Origin: Octopus sinensis
Lineage: Eukaryota
Reading direction: 5' to 3'
Assembly (NCBI RefSeq): GCF_006345805.1
Contig: NC_043007.1
Coordinates: 20,336,001 to 20,400,000 of the forward strand
DNA: 64,000 bases
Positions 45,501 to 57,870 of the stretch are shown here, in pieces (positions within the stretch are counted from its first letter, which is position 1; each line of letters opens with the position of its first letter). The translations under genes were made by a program, and so were the position numbers. Under the pieces are notes generated by a model. That model was not told the origin of the DNA and ran no database searches. It saw only the letters and a list, made by a program, of their open reading frames with translations.

Positions 45501-48500
45501 CATTGTTTCTTTTGAAATTTAATTAAAACAAGATCAGTTGAATGAAAATATTTTTTTTTTCCTACATGCTTATGTACTTTTATGTTGTATACAGATGACA
45601 GTGGACATCATATTAACTGGAATTTTGTGAATGAAGTCCAGTTTTCCTTCAGCAGAAATCATCCCGATATTTATGATTCAAAAAGAGAGAAATTTAAGTT
45701 TTGCACTGAAGACTTCGAAGATGCAGTTGTGATGCCTTCATATCGCAACATGGATCAACCACAGCATTTCTATGTTGCTGAGATCAAATACGACCTGAAT
45801 CCAAACAGCCCGTTTCCTTCTCCTGAGCTTTACAGGACATTTAATGAGTATTACTCTAAAAAATACGGTCTTCATATCACTAATTTGGAACAACCTTTAT
45901 TGGATGTCGACCATACTTCTGCTCGTCTGAATTTATTAACTCCACGTTACATGAATCAAAAAGGCATCGCTTTGCCAACCAGCAGCGCAGAAACGAAGAA
46001 GGCCCGTCGAGAAAACTTACAGCAAAAACAAATCTTGATTCCAGAATTGTGTGTGGTTCATATCTTCCCTGCTTCTCTGTGGCGTAAAGCCGTGTGTCTT
46101 CCTGCTATTCTTTACAGAATAAACTATCTTTTGATTGCTGAAGAGATTCGTGTCAAAGTTGCCCAAGGAACCAAAATTGGTGTTATTGAAATTCCCAAAG
46201 GCTTTCACTTTCCTAAACTTGATTTTGGTTTTGAAACCAACCCAGAAAAGATTATTGATAATAAAACTGAAAGTGAGATGAAGGTTACAAAAGCCAAGGA
46301 AAACGGAACCTGCACTTCTTTGTCGAAGACTGCCGCAAGTTATAGCAACAAGCTTGTATTTAAAGAAGTTAAAGAAAACAATGAATTAATAAAAAATGAT
46401 TCAGAAAATCAGAAAGATATCAAAGAAATGCCAGTAAGAGAATTGGTAAATAATGTTGAGTGCAAGAAATTAAACTATAAAAAGCCTTTTATAAAGAGCA
46501 GTTCAACAGAATCTCTACATAAAAACTGCAATAAAGATGACTGCAACAGACCTTTGAAGGATTCTAATAGAATTCAAGAGGCCCTTAACGCTGCAGCAGG
46601 AAAGAACAATTATGAGCGGAGAGAAGATTCCGTTAGTACCTCTTCTAGCAGAAGTTATAACCATTCAGAATTTAACAATTTTAAATCCTGCTCTGTGAAC
46701 AACAGCGAAGAAAGGAAATTTCAACCTCAACAATTTACAAATAAGAAAAAGCATGAAAAAGATGCCCAATGGTCAAATGATAACATTAAAGAGGAGAAAC
46801 TGAAAGAGGAAAAGAATAATAAGTCTTTCTCAAAATCTCCTTTTACTAACCTGCAAAATTCTGGTCGAATTCCCAATGGCAGTAAAATGGATTTTAAGAT
46901 AACTTTCGATATTGCAAAGGATTTGAATCCCAAAGACAGTCTTGATTCTTTTAAAGAAACCAGTGAAGTTCCCTCTAATGTTAAATTTCAGAATGACACT
47001 CTAAAGAAAGATCTAGAATCTCTTGATATTCGTTTGATTTGTGATAACAGAAGCTATCCTGAAGGAAACGCTTTCCATCAAATGGATAAGCAAATTCGAA
47101 AAGAAAAGAAAGCTTCAATGACGTTTAGCCAAATAGATGACTTTTATCAGACAAAGTCAACGAAATCTGAAACGGTGAGTTCTACTACAAAAATTGTAGA
47201 AATCACAGATTCAGAAGACCATCTTAAAGACAATACTGACAAGCTTTCTAACGGCAACTGTGATAAAAGTGAATTGAAAAGCATATCTCCTACTTTTAGT
47301 CCCAAAAAAGATCCTGTGTGTAAAACCTCTGTGCAGAATTCTAATAACCAAGCAGGTTATTCTCCAATTGTAGAAACTTGTAAAGAATTGAAAAATAATT
47401 TTAATAATGCTCGTCTTCATTCTTCAAATATAACCATCCCCAATAGCAACACGGATTCTGTAAAAGATGTGGAAGAAAAACTTTGCAGTAACTCAAAAGG
47501 AAATGAGGAAAATTTAAAGACTTGTACATCCACCACCACTTTCTCTTCGAATAAAGACCAACAATGTAATTCATATACAGCTAGCAATCCAAAAGATAGT
47601 GTTGCTCTACACTCTAATTCCACTGCCACAACATTTAATCCTCCCCAGGAGAAAACTTTATCAACAACATCTCCAGACTCTGTTTCTTCATCTAGTCATC
47701 AATTACCAACACCCGCTTCCCATTCATTATCAGTGCTACCTGAGCAAGTGTGTAATCATTCTAATTCATCAAATCAGTCTGTATTTAATTGTACTCAGTC
47801 TACTTCTTCACCGACAGATGATGACAAAGCATCCTCAGATTCAGAGATCACTCCATGTCAGACGGAGCAAACTGCTTCCCACCTTCAGGACTCTACTGAC
47901 CAACCAGAGGTAGCCGTACAAGACACCTCTGCTCCGGCACCTTTACGTGATAGAGACCAACGAGATGTTGAAGCTGTTTCACCACCCATAGTCATACATA
48001 ATAATAATGATGATAATAATAATAATAATAATAACAACAACAATATCAATGTCATTCAAAGCAATTCCCCCATTGATGCAAAAGTACCCCCCTCTAACAC
48101 AAACCAATGCACCACTCCTTTGTCCTCTCATGATAACGCCATCTGTGATAATACAAGACACAATTCCGACTCCGATGTCTTTCAAAATATAACAACATTC
48201 AGTGGCCAGTCAGCAGTAGTAGATATGTCTAAAATATCTGACTATGGCCAATGTGATGACACAACCAATGCAAACCTTGTTTACAGCTATGCTGAGGCTC
48301 AGGAAAAACTTGCTCAGTCTTCAAACACACCACCTCTCTTGTTAGACACCGATATTGAACTGAGTTGTTACATTGGTCCAAGTCCATGCATTATTTTGCA
48401 GGCGCTTACCATGTCAAATGCAAATGATTTTTTCAGCCTTGAGAGATTAGAAACCATTGGCGATTCCTTTCTTAAATATGCTATCACTGTTTACCTTTAC

Positions 48501-51500
48501 TGTCAATACCCAGGTATCCACGAAGGAAAGTTAAGCTATCTACGGAGTAAACAAGTAAGCAATTATAATTTATATCGTCTTGGTCGTAAGAAGGGTCTTC
48601 CTGAGAGAATGGTTTCGGCTAAATTTGAACCTTACGAGAATTGGCTCCCACCTGGTTATGTTATTAATGAAGACCGTAGGCGTGGCCCCGTACACAAAGT
48701 TCACATTTCTTCAAGCAGCAACAAGCAGGACCCCTGTTCACCTGCGAATCAGTGTGGAAGTGAATCGGTCGAAGAAGAAATTCTATCGTCGTCTTTTGAC
48801 AATGAAAAATTATCGGCAAATTTAAACAACGGCATGATGAACTTCATTGAAAACGACAAAATTCCAAGTCATGTACGAAAAGCAAATTTAGAGCAATGGA
48901 AATTCAACCAAGAACTGGAAGAATTAAAACAGTCACAAGAACAAGATGGTGTCAGTGGTTGTGGTAGTTCTACAAATGAAAAGCCGCTTGTTCCATATAG
49001 CTTGCAAACGATTCATAGCATTCCAGACAAAAGTGTAGCAGACTGTGTTGAAGCCCTTATTGGTTGCTATCTGACTTGCTGTGGGAAAAGAGCTGCTCTT
49101 CTTTTCATGTCATGGCTCGGACTAAAAGTGCTTCCTCAAAAGCACATTTTGCAGGAGCAATATGATGAAGTATGTATAAACATCTTTCACTTTTAATGAT
49201 TCAAAATTTGGTATTGGCAGAATTTAAGGTGGCGAGCTGACAGAATCGTTAGCACGCCGGGCGAAATGCTTAGCGATATTTCGGCTGCTGTTACGTTCTG
49301 AGTTCAAATTCCGCCGAGGTCGACTTTGCCTTTCATCCTTTCGGGGTCGATAAATTAAGTACCAGTGATGCACTGGGGTCGATATAATCGACTTAATCCG
49401 TTTGTCTGTCCTTGTTTGTCCCCTCTGTGTTTAGCCCCTTGTGGGTTGTAAAGAAATAGATATTTTGGCTGTTGTTACATTGTGAGTTCAAATTCCGCCG
49501 AGGTCGACTTTGCCTTTCATCCTTTCGGGGTCGATAAATTAAGTACCAGTTACGCACTGGGGTCGATGTAATCGACTTAATACCTATGTCTGTCCTTGTT
49601 TGTCCCCTCTACGTTTAGACCTTTGTGGGTAATAAAGAAATAGGTATTAGCAGAATTTGACTTCAAATTTAAAATTTAAAACAATTTATAATTGTTTCAC
49701 TATTTAAAAAAATGTAATTTCAAGCCATACCTTTAGTCTCAACAAAAAACACCTGTTAAAGATTATATTGCTATCATTTTCTCTTTAGGTTATTTTTTAT
49801 CCATGTTTTTGTAAAATTTGATGTTCCATAATAATAATATTATTAATTATTCAGCTATACTTTTTTGAGAGTGCTCTGCATGATTACCTAAGAACTTTGC
49901 AATAAGTAAGCATAAAAAAATTAAATATATATTCTGTGCAGCTTCCTCCTTGTCCCATAATTTCAAATCTAAACCTTTAATCCCACCAAATATAATGAAG
50001 AAACGATTATCTCCCTTGTACTAACTGTCCATCAGATCAGCGCTTCTCAAACTTTCTGATGTGGTGTACTGGCAGTTTTTTTTTTTTTCTATGTGCCAGG
50101 GACCGGTAATATCTATTAGTAATATTAATTTTTACCGGAAACAATATATATGATGAATATAATAAAAGTTGACAACTTTTTAATCTTGTATTTATTTTGT
50201 AAGCAAATAATACAATATAGGCGCAGGAGTGGCTGTGTGGTAAGTAGCTTGCTTACCAACCACATGGTTCTGGGTTCATTCCCACTGCGTGGCACCTTGG
50301 GCAATTGTCTGCTACTATAGTCTCAGGCCGACCAAAGCCTTGTGAATGGATTTGGTAGATGGAAACTGAAAGAAGCCCGTCGTATATATGTATGTATATA
50401 TATATATATGTGTGTATATATGTTTGAGAGTCTGTGTTTGTCTCCCCAACATCAGTTGACAATCGATGCTGGTGTGTTTACGTCCCCATAACTTAGCGGT
50501 TTGGCGAAAGAGACCAATAGAATAAGTACTAGGCTTACAAAGAATAAGTCCTGGGGTCGATTTGCTCGACTAAAGGTGGTGCTCCAGCATGGCCCCAGTC
50601 AAATGACTGAAACAAGTAAAAGAGAATATTACAAAAGCATCTTATAATATTTCTTTCTTTTCTGGAAACTCACCACCTACCAGCAGCTGATGGCTTGTAG
50701 ACCACCACTTTCAGTAGCACTGCATTAGGGGATTCCATGTGTTTGAAGTACATAATTATATATTTAGTGTAAAAGTCCCAAACTCAATAATGTCTTTATT
50801 TCATTTAAATTTTATTTCAAACTAACAGTATCGCCCGGCGTTGCTCGGGTTTGTTTCGACCATTTAGAATTGGAATTTTTGAAAAGTAAAAAGTTTGCAT
50901 TATGTAGCTTGTTAATCTCTTTAAGTGAACATTTTTCTGGTTGAAATACACCGAAAAATGGCAACACAGCAGTAAAAAAATGGTAAAAAGTAGGGATTTT
51001 CATAGAAAAAAAAGCAGCTTTTTGATGTAAATAATTTTTGCTGTTAACATGGTCTGATTTGAATTTTTTCTTCTACGGAATGAAGAGCAAGCCTTCTTCT
51101 ATCATACTCTCAATTTTGGTCAACTTGCGCCGCTGGGTCTCAGAGGGGATAGTGTTAGTTGAAGGCTACCAAACCTGCCATACACAGACAACTTCAGCTT
51201 TATATATAGAGAGATTTGATGACAACACATCATTAAAAATATGTAATAATTACAGATACATTTCTATTAATATTTATATCATTAATTTTATGATTGTTTA
51301 ATTATGTTCTTCGATATTTTTTTCATAAACATATTTAAACATTTTCTTGTCTTAAGTTAATTGGTTAATTTTTGTTCCTTTAGAATATCACTGAACACCA
51401 ACTGGATGAGCTGGAAACTCCTCTCTCACCACTCCTCACTCATACAATTAACGCTGAAGAAGTTCTTGAACGCTTACTTGATGGCTATGAAACTTTTGAG

Positions 51501-51712
51501 AAAGAGATTGGCTACAAATTCTCTGACCGATCTTATCTCCTACAAGCTTTCACACATGCATCATATCATTATAACACAGTGACTGACTGCTACCAGCGGT
51601 ATGTTTTACTATTTTATAAACTAAATTTTTTCTTGAAATAATTTTAGGAATTACAATTGTTGGTATTTCCTTTATATTACTGTATTCAATGGTATAAAAA
51701 CACTTTGGTGTA

Positions 51713-51743
<31 letters not shown>

Positions 51744-52302
51744 ATATATATATATGTGTAGGGAAAGTTTACGAAAAAAACTAAAGACGAAGACAGGTGG
51801 TGTACAAAACAAAAAGATTTATTAGTATAACGCTCAGGAATAGAAAAAGTCTTTTATGTTTCGAGCCTACACTCTTCTACAGAAAGGTACACAGAAAAAA
51901 CAAGGAGAGATATATGCATGCCTCAATTTCAGCAGTGCATCTTCACATAAAAAAGTTGTTTGTGCATTAAGGCATGTAATATAAGCACAACTCTGCAAGG
52001 TGATGTTTTTGGAGAATAAAATGTGCATCTTGGGGAAATTTCAAATCTGGGTTCTCATTCCTAAAGTATTTTTCGACGATTATGATGATGATGATGACGA
52101 CGACGACGCTGCTGCTGTTGTTGTTGTTGTTGTTGTTTAGGTCACTGCTTGGAATCGAACTTGGAATCTTGGAGTTAGTAGCCTGCGGTATTAACCACTA
52201 CGCCATATGCTCGGGCATATGGCGTAGTGGTTAAGAGCGCGGGCTACTAACCACAAGATTCCGAGTTCGATTCCAAGCAGTGACCTGAACAATAACAACA
52301 AC

Positions 52303-52335
<33 letters not shown>

Positions 52336-55300
52336 TCATGATGATGATGAATAACATTGAAAAATACCTTAGGAATGAGAACCCAGGTTCGAAATTTTCC
52401 CAAGACACCTGATGAAGGCTGGAGGGTATATCAGCTGAAACATTGTGTTAACAACAAACAAGATGAGGACAAATATCTGTTGAATGTAAATAAAGAAGAA
52501 TTTAATTATTTTTTTTTTTCCCTCCTGTGTATGGTATGTCTTTGTAATCTTCCTCAGTAACTAGTTTCTTCTTCTTATTTTTTTTAATTACTATTACTTG
52601 TATTTGAGTCATTGACTTTGAAGTTACACACAAAAAAACAACATATTTATCAAATTATGATTAGTTAAAATTTCCAGTACTGTAACTATTGCTAATGGAT
52701 TTTTATCTCTGAAAAACTAACAAAGCTACTAATATTAGTTCTTATTATTGCTTTCGTGTTTCATTTTTATTGATATACGATTTATTTCTTGAGGAAAATC
52801 AAAGTTCACAGATAAAACTTACTCTTTACTGATAAGATTTTTTCATCTTTTATCTTGATCAGTCATTTGACAGCTGCCATGTTGGGGCACCCCACTGAAA
52901 AATATTTAATCAAATCGATTGACCCCCAGTCCTTATTTTTTCATTCTAAAGCCTGGTACTTTTTTATCAGTCCCTTTTTCTGAACTCTTTGGCATGTAAA
53001 CACACCAGCGCCAGTTGTCAGGTAGTAGTGAAGGACAAACAACGACACATACACACACCTGTATATATACGATGGGCTTCTTTCAGTTTCCATCTATCAA
53101 ATCCACTCGTAAAAATTCGGTTGGCCTGAGGCTATGGTAGAAGACACTTGTCCGAGGTACCATGCTGTGGGACTGAACCCAGAACCATGTGACTGAGAAG
53201 CAAACTTCTTATTTCTTTATTGCCCACAAGGGGCTAAACATAGAGGGGACAAACAAGGACAAACAAAGGGATTAAATCGATTACATAGACCCCAGTGCGT
53301 AACTGGTACTTAATTTATCGACCCCGAAAGGATGAAAGGCAAAGTCGACCTCGGTGGAATTTGAACTCTGTACATAACGGCAGATGAAATACTGCAAAGC
53401 ATTTCGCCCAGAGTGCTAACATTTCTGCCAGCTTGCCACCTTCTTACCATACATCCATGTCATGTTGATGTTTTTTAGAAGTTTATTATTCATAACTTTA
53501 GAGAGGGGACGAAGGCTACTACTGTGTTCAAGGTAGCAGTCATGATGTCAGCATTTTGATACCTGGCACAAATCAAGACACAGGTAACTCTTTTCCAATA
53601 TTCAGCTGGCTTCCAGTTTTCCATGTTAGCTAACTTTTTCTCAACTACATCTTAAATTTTATAAGCCCTAGCCCATCCAAAGTGCTTTGGATCGCAGGAT
53701 GGCCTGCAGAGCTTACCTTGGATCGTAGGGCAACCTGCTGTGCTTGAGGAGACCTATTGAGTCAAGTACACCAACATCAAAAAAATCAAATGGAAATTAT
53801 GGTTGTGATACCTGTGCCAGTGGCACATAAAAGCACCATCCGAACGTGGCCGATGCCAGCGCCGCCTTGACTGGCTTCCGTGCTGGTGGCACATAAAATG
53901 CACCAGCCGATCGTGGATGTTGCCAGCCTCGCCTGGCACCTGGGCTGGTGGCACGTAAAAAGCATCCATTACACTCACGGAGTGGTTGGCATTAGGAAGG
54001 GCATCCAACTGTAGAAACACTGCCAGATCAGACTGGAGCCTGGTGCAGCCTCTGGGTTTCCAGACCCTGGTCGAACCATCCAACCCATGCTAGCATGGAA
54101 AACGGACGTTAAACGATGATGATGATGAAGGCCATTGACTATTCACCAATGCATCAAGCTATTCTGAGAATATCATCAATTAGCCTAAACAACATTGGAC
54201 AGTTGTCTTTTTGAATGATAATTATTGATCATAGCCAATAACTGGTGAAGGCACATGGCTTAATGGTTTAGGTGTTGTACTTATGCTCGTATGACCACGT
54301 GTTTGATTCCCAGACTAGGTGGTACATTGAGTTCTTGAGCAAGACACTTCATTTCATGTGGTCCCAGTCCACTCAGCTTTAAACGAGTAATTCTGTGATG
54401 GAAACCAGGTAATGTCTCTATATATAAACAGCAAAATATCTGTTTGTGTGTGTGGGTCCTTTATACAAATCCACAATTTTTCAGTTAGAAGGCTCGCACT
54501 TTCTATGGTCATTCAAAACCGTCCAAGGGTGGTCGTGCACATCTTTACATTTCCCCAGTCACCCCGTAAAGCCATTAAAAAAATCAATAGAAGTGACTTT
54601 TTTGTGAATTTTCTATCCAAAACCCAATCAAAATGCCCGAAACTTGATACGCCAATTGAATGCCAGCTAGCTGTTTGTGACTGGTCGGAGATTTGGACAG
54701 TACTCGCGTGTATGTGCGCACACATGCAGCTGTATATGCATGCACTAGCACTATGAATCCTAAGACTTGAGATGCTAATGTCCAGAGGTTGATGATGATA
54801 ATGATTATGAACGACTTGTGATTTTTAATTTATAAAACAATACAAAATATGAATTTATTTATTTGATTTTTTTTTTGATTTTTTTTTTTTTTTTTTTTTT
54901 TTTACTAGTCTGGAATTTTTAGGTGATGCAATTTTGGATTACGTGATCACTCGGCATCTTTACGAAGACTCTCAGCGTTATTCTCCTGGGGTTCTCACTG
55001 ACTTACGATCAGCTCTAGTCAATAACAACATTTTTGCTGCATTAGCTGTCAAATGGAACTTCCATAAGTTTTTCAAAGCCATATCTCCGGAACTGTTTAA
55101 TGTGATTGAAAGGTTTGTTGCTCGCCAAAAGGAAAAGGAAGATGAAATAGATTTTGATGAAGAAGTAAGTGTTTTTAATGATGTTCTTGTTTTAATTCTC
55201 TGATCTCTCTACCTAACTGTGGAGTTTGTAAATCCTATCAAAATTTTGTGGGTTTCTTATTTCTTTACTGCCTACAAGGGGCTACACACAGAGGGGACAA

Positions 55301-57818
55301 ACAAGGACAGACAAACGGATTAAGTCGATTATATCGACCCCAGTGCGTAACTGGTACTTATTTAATCGACCCCGAAAGGATGAAAGGCAAAGTCAACCTC
55401 GCTGGAATTTGAACTCAGAACGTAGCGGCAGATGAAATACCTATATCTTTACTACACACAAGGGGCTAAACATAGAAGGGACAAACAAGGACAGACAAAC
55501 AGATTAAGTCAATTATATCGACCCCAGTGCGTAACTGGTACTTATTTAATCGACCCCGAAAGGATGAAAGGCAAAGTCGACCTCGCCGGAATTTGAACTC
55601 AGAACATAGAGGCAGACGAAATACCGCTAAGTATTTCACCTGGCGTTTCTGCCAGTTCGCCACCTCAAAATTTTATGGGTTTCTACTTATTTTTTTTATA
55701 ATGATGTCTAAACCAAAGATTAGACTTTTATTATAACTTGTCGATTTTCACTTGACCACTGTGAAGAATTAACACCTTGCAATGACCTCACTTTTGCCAG
55801 TGCCATGTAAAAAGCACCTAGTATATTCTGTAAAGTGGCTGGCATTAGAAAAGGCATCCAACTGTAGAAACCATGCCAAAGCAGATATTGAATTTGGGTG
55901 AAGTTTTCTGACTTACCAATTTCTATCAAATTGTCCAACACTGCCCGCATGGAAATGATGATGATAGTGAAGTAGTCGTAAGTAAATTTAGTTGATGTGA
56001 TTAGCATCCTTACTTGCTCTGTCTGAATTTTTTGTTTCAAGGATTGTAGTTCTGCTTCTGAGAGTTAGTTATCTTGTACGATCACATCTTCTACTTGAAA
56101 GAGCCATTGAGCAATATTTGGATGGTAGTTCCTCCAGAGTCTGTAGACACAATATATATAAGATGTGGGGAGCTGGTAGAATCATTAGAACATCAAAAAT
56201 TGCTTTAGGGTATTTGTGGCAGCCTTTTACACTTAGAGTTCAAGTCTTGCCAAAGCCAACTTTACCTTTTATTCTTAGTACCAATATGGGGTCATTGGTA
56301 CCAACTGACCTTCCACTCAAAACTCAGAAACAATTGTTGTTGTTCTTATCATCATCATCAAGTTAGTACATGCAAAGGTGGCAAGCCAAGTATTATTCTC
56401 AAACCATCCGACCGTGGCCGTTTGCCAGCCCCGTTTGCCAGCACGTAAAAAGCACCCACTACACTCACGGAGTGGTTGGCGTTCGGAAGAGCATCCAGCC
56501 GGAGAAACACTGCCAGATCAGACTGTGCCTGGTGCAGCCTTCTGGCTTCCCAGACCCCGGTCGAACTGTCCAACCCATGCTAGCATGGAAAGCGGACGCT
56601 AAACGAAGATGATGATGATGATGATGATTTCCTTGTGCTCCTACAATCACTGGTACCAGAACTACCTTGAGGTGCCCTATTTTTTTCAATTTCAATGAGC
56701 AAATCTTTACATTTCCTCCTCCTCTTCCTTATTTAAAAATTTTTTTTTTTTTCCACTAATTTCTTAGTTCCAAGATGAAGGAGAAGAAAGTCCTGATGAA
56801 GAAGTTGTTGAAATGGAAATTCCCAAAGCCCTTGGTGATATATTCGAGTCTGTTGCTGGTGCTATCTATCTTGACAGCAACAGGTCTTTAGATGTGGTCT
56901 GGAAAGTTTACTATCGTATAATGAAGCCACAAATTGGTAAGAAAATTTTATGAAATATTTTGAGTTGGGATAGAAATTTAAATGTTACGTATGTATGCAT
57001 GCAGTGGAGGCGCGTGGCTTAGTGGTTAGGTGTCAGCATCATGATCGTAAGATTGTGGTTTCGATTCCTGGACCGGGCGACGCGTTGTGTTCTTGAGCAA
57101 AACACTTCATTTCACATTGCTCCAGTCCACTCAGCTGGCAAAAATGAGTAACACTGCGATGGAGTGGTGTCCCATCCAGCTGGGGAACACATACGCCATA
57201 GAAACCAGAGAACTGGGCCCATGAGCCTGGCTAGGCTTTAAAAGGGCAAAAAAAAAATATGCATGCATGCATGCATGTATGATTGTTTGCATGTGTGTGT
57301 GTGTGTTTGTATCTCATTGTCTTGACATTGCATATTAGCTGTAAATGAATGTCATTCACTTCTAATTTCTGTAGAATCATGTCTGGCCATGGGAAAATAT
57401 TCCCTTACTTGTAATTAGGTGAGAGTTAGCAACAGATAGGGAATTTGGCTATAGAAAATCTTCCCCAATAAATTTTGTCTGACCCATGCAGACATGGAAA
57501 AGTGGACGTTAAAACAATGACAGTTTCCATCTACCGAATTTCACTAACAAAGTTGACTATGAATCAGGATCGAAAGCATCTGCTCAGATGTGTCACCGCA
57601 AAGAAGACAATGATTGCGAATTTCTTAACCACTTGACCATGTTTTGTCTCTTTGCCTGTGGTTTGCTTGTTTTAAATATTATGAAGTTGTAATGAGTGCT
57701 TAAGAATAACTGTCTGTGATGTGTAGTAGGAAAAAATAAGTCAGATACAACATTCCGGATTCAAACACACCAGCATTGGTTGTCAAGCGATGTTAGGGGG
57801 ACAAACATGGACACATAA

Positions 57819-57870
<52 letters not shown>

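Noticed and set aside
45582-49196. 1204-aa ORF as a stand-alone gene
   Set aside because: It is Dicer exon 12 (45595..49169), with an acceptor and donor in phase with the neighbouring exons.
52214-52290. Possible tRNA gene
   Set aside because: A and B boxes are present but no convincing acceptor stem was seen, and it is duplicated as an inverted repeat; treated as a SINE head.
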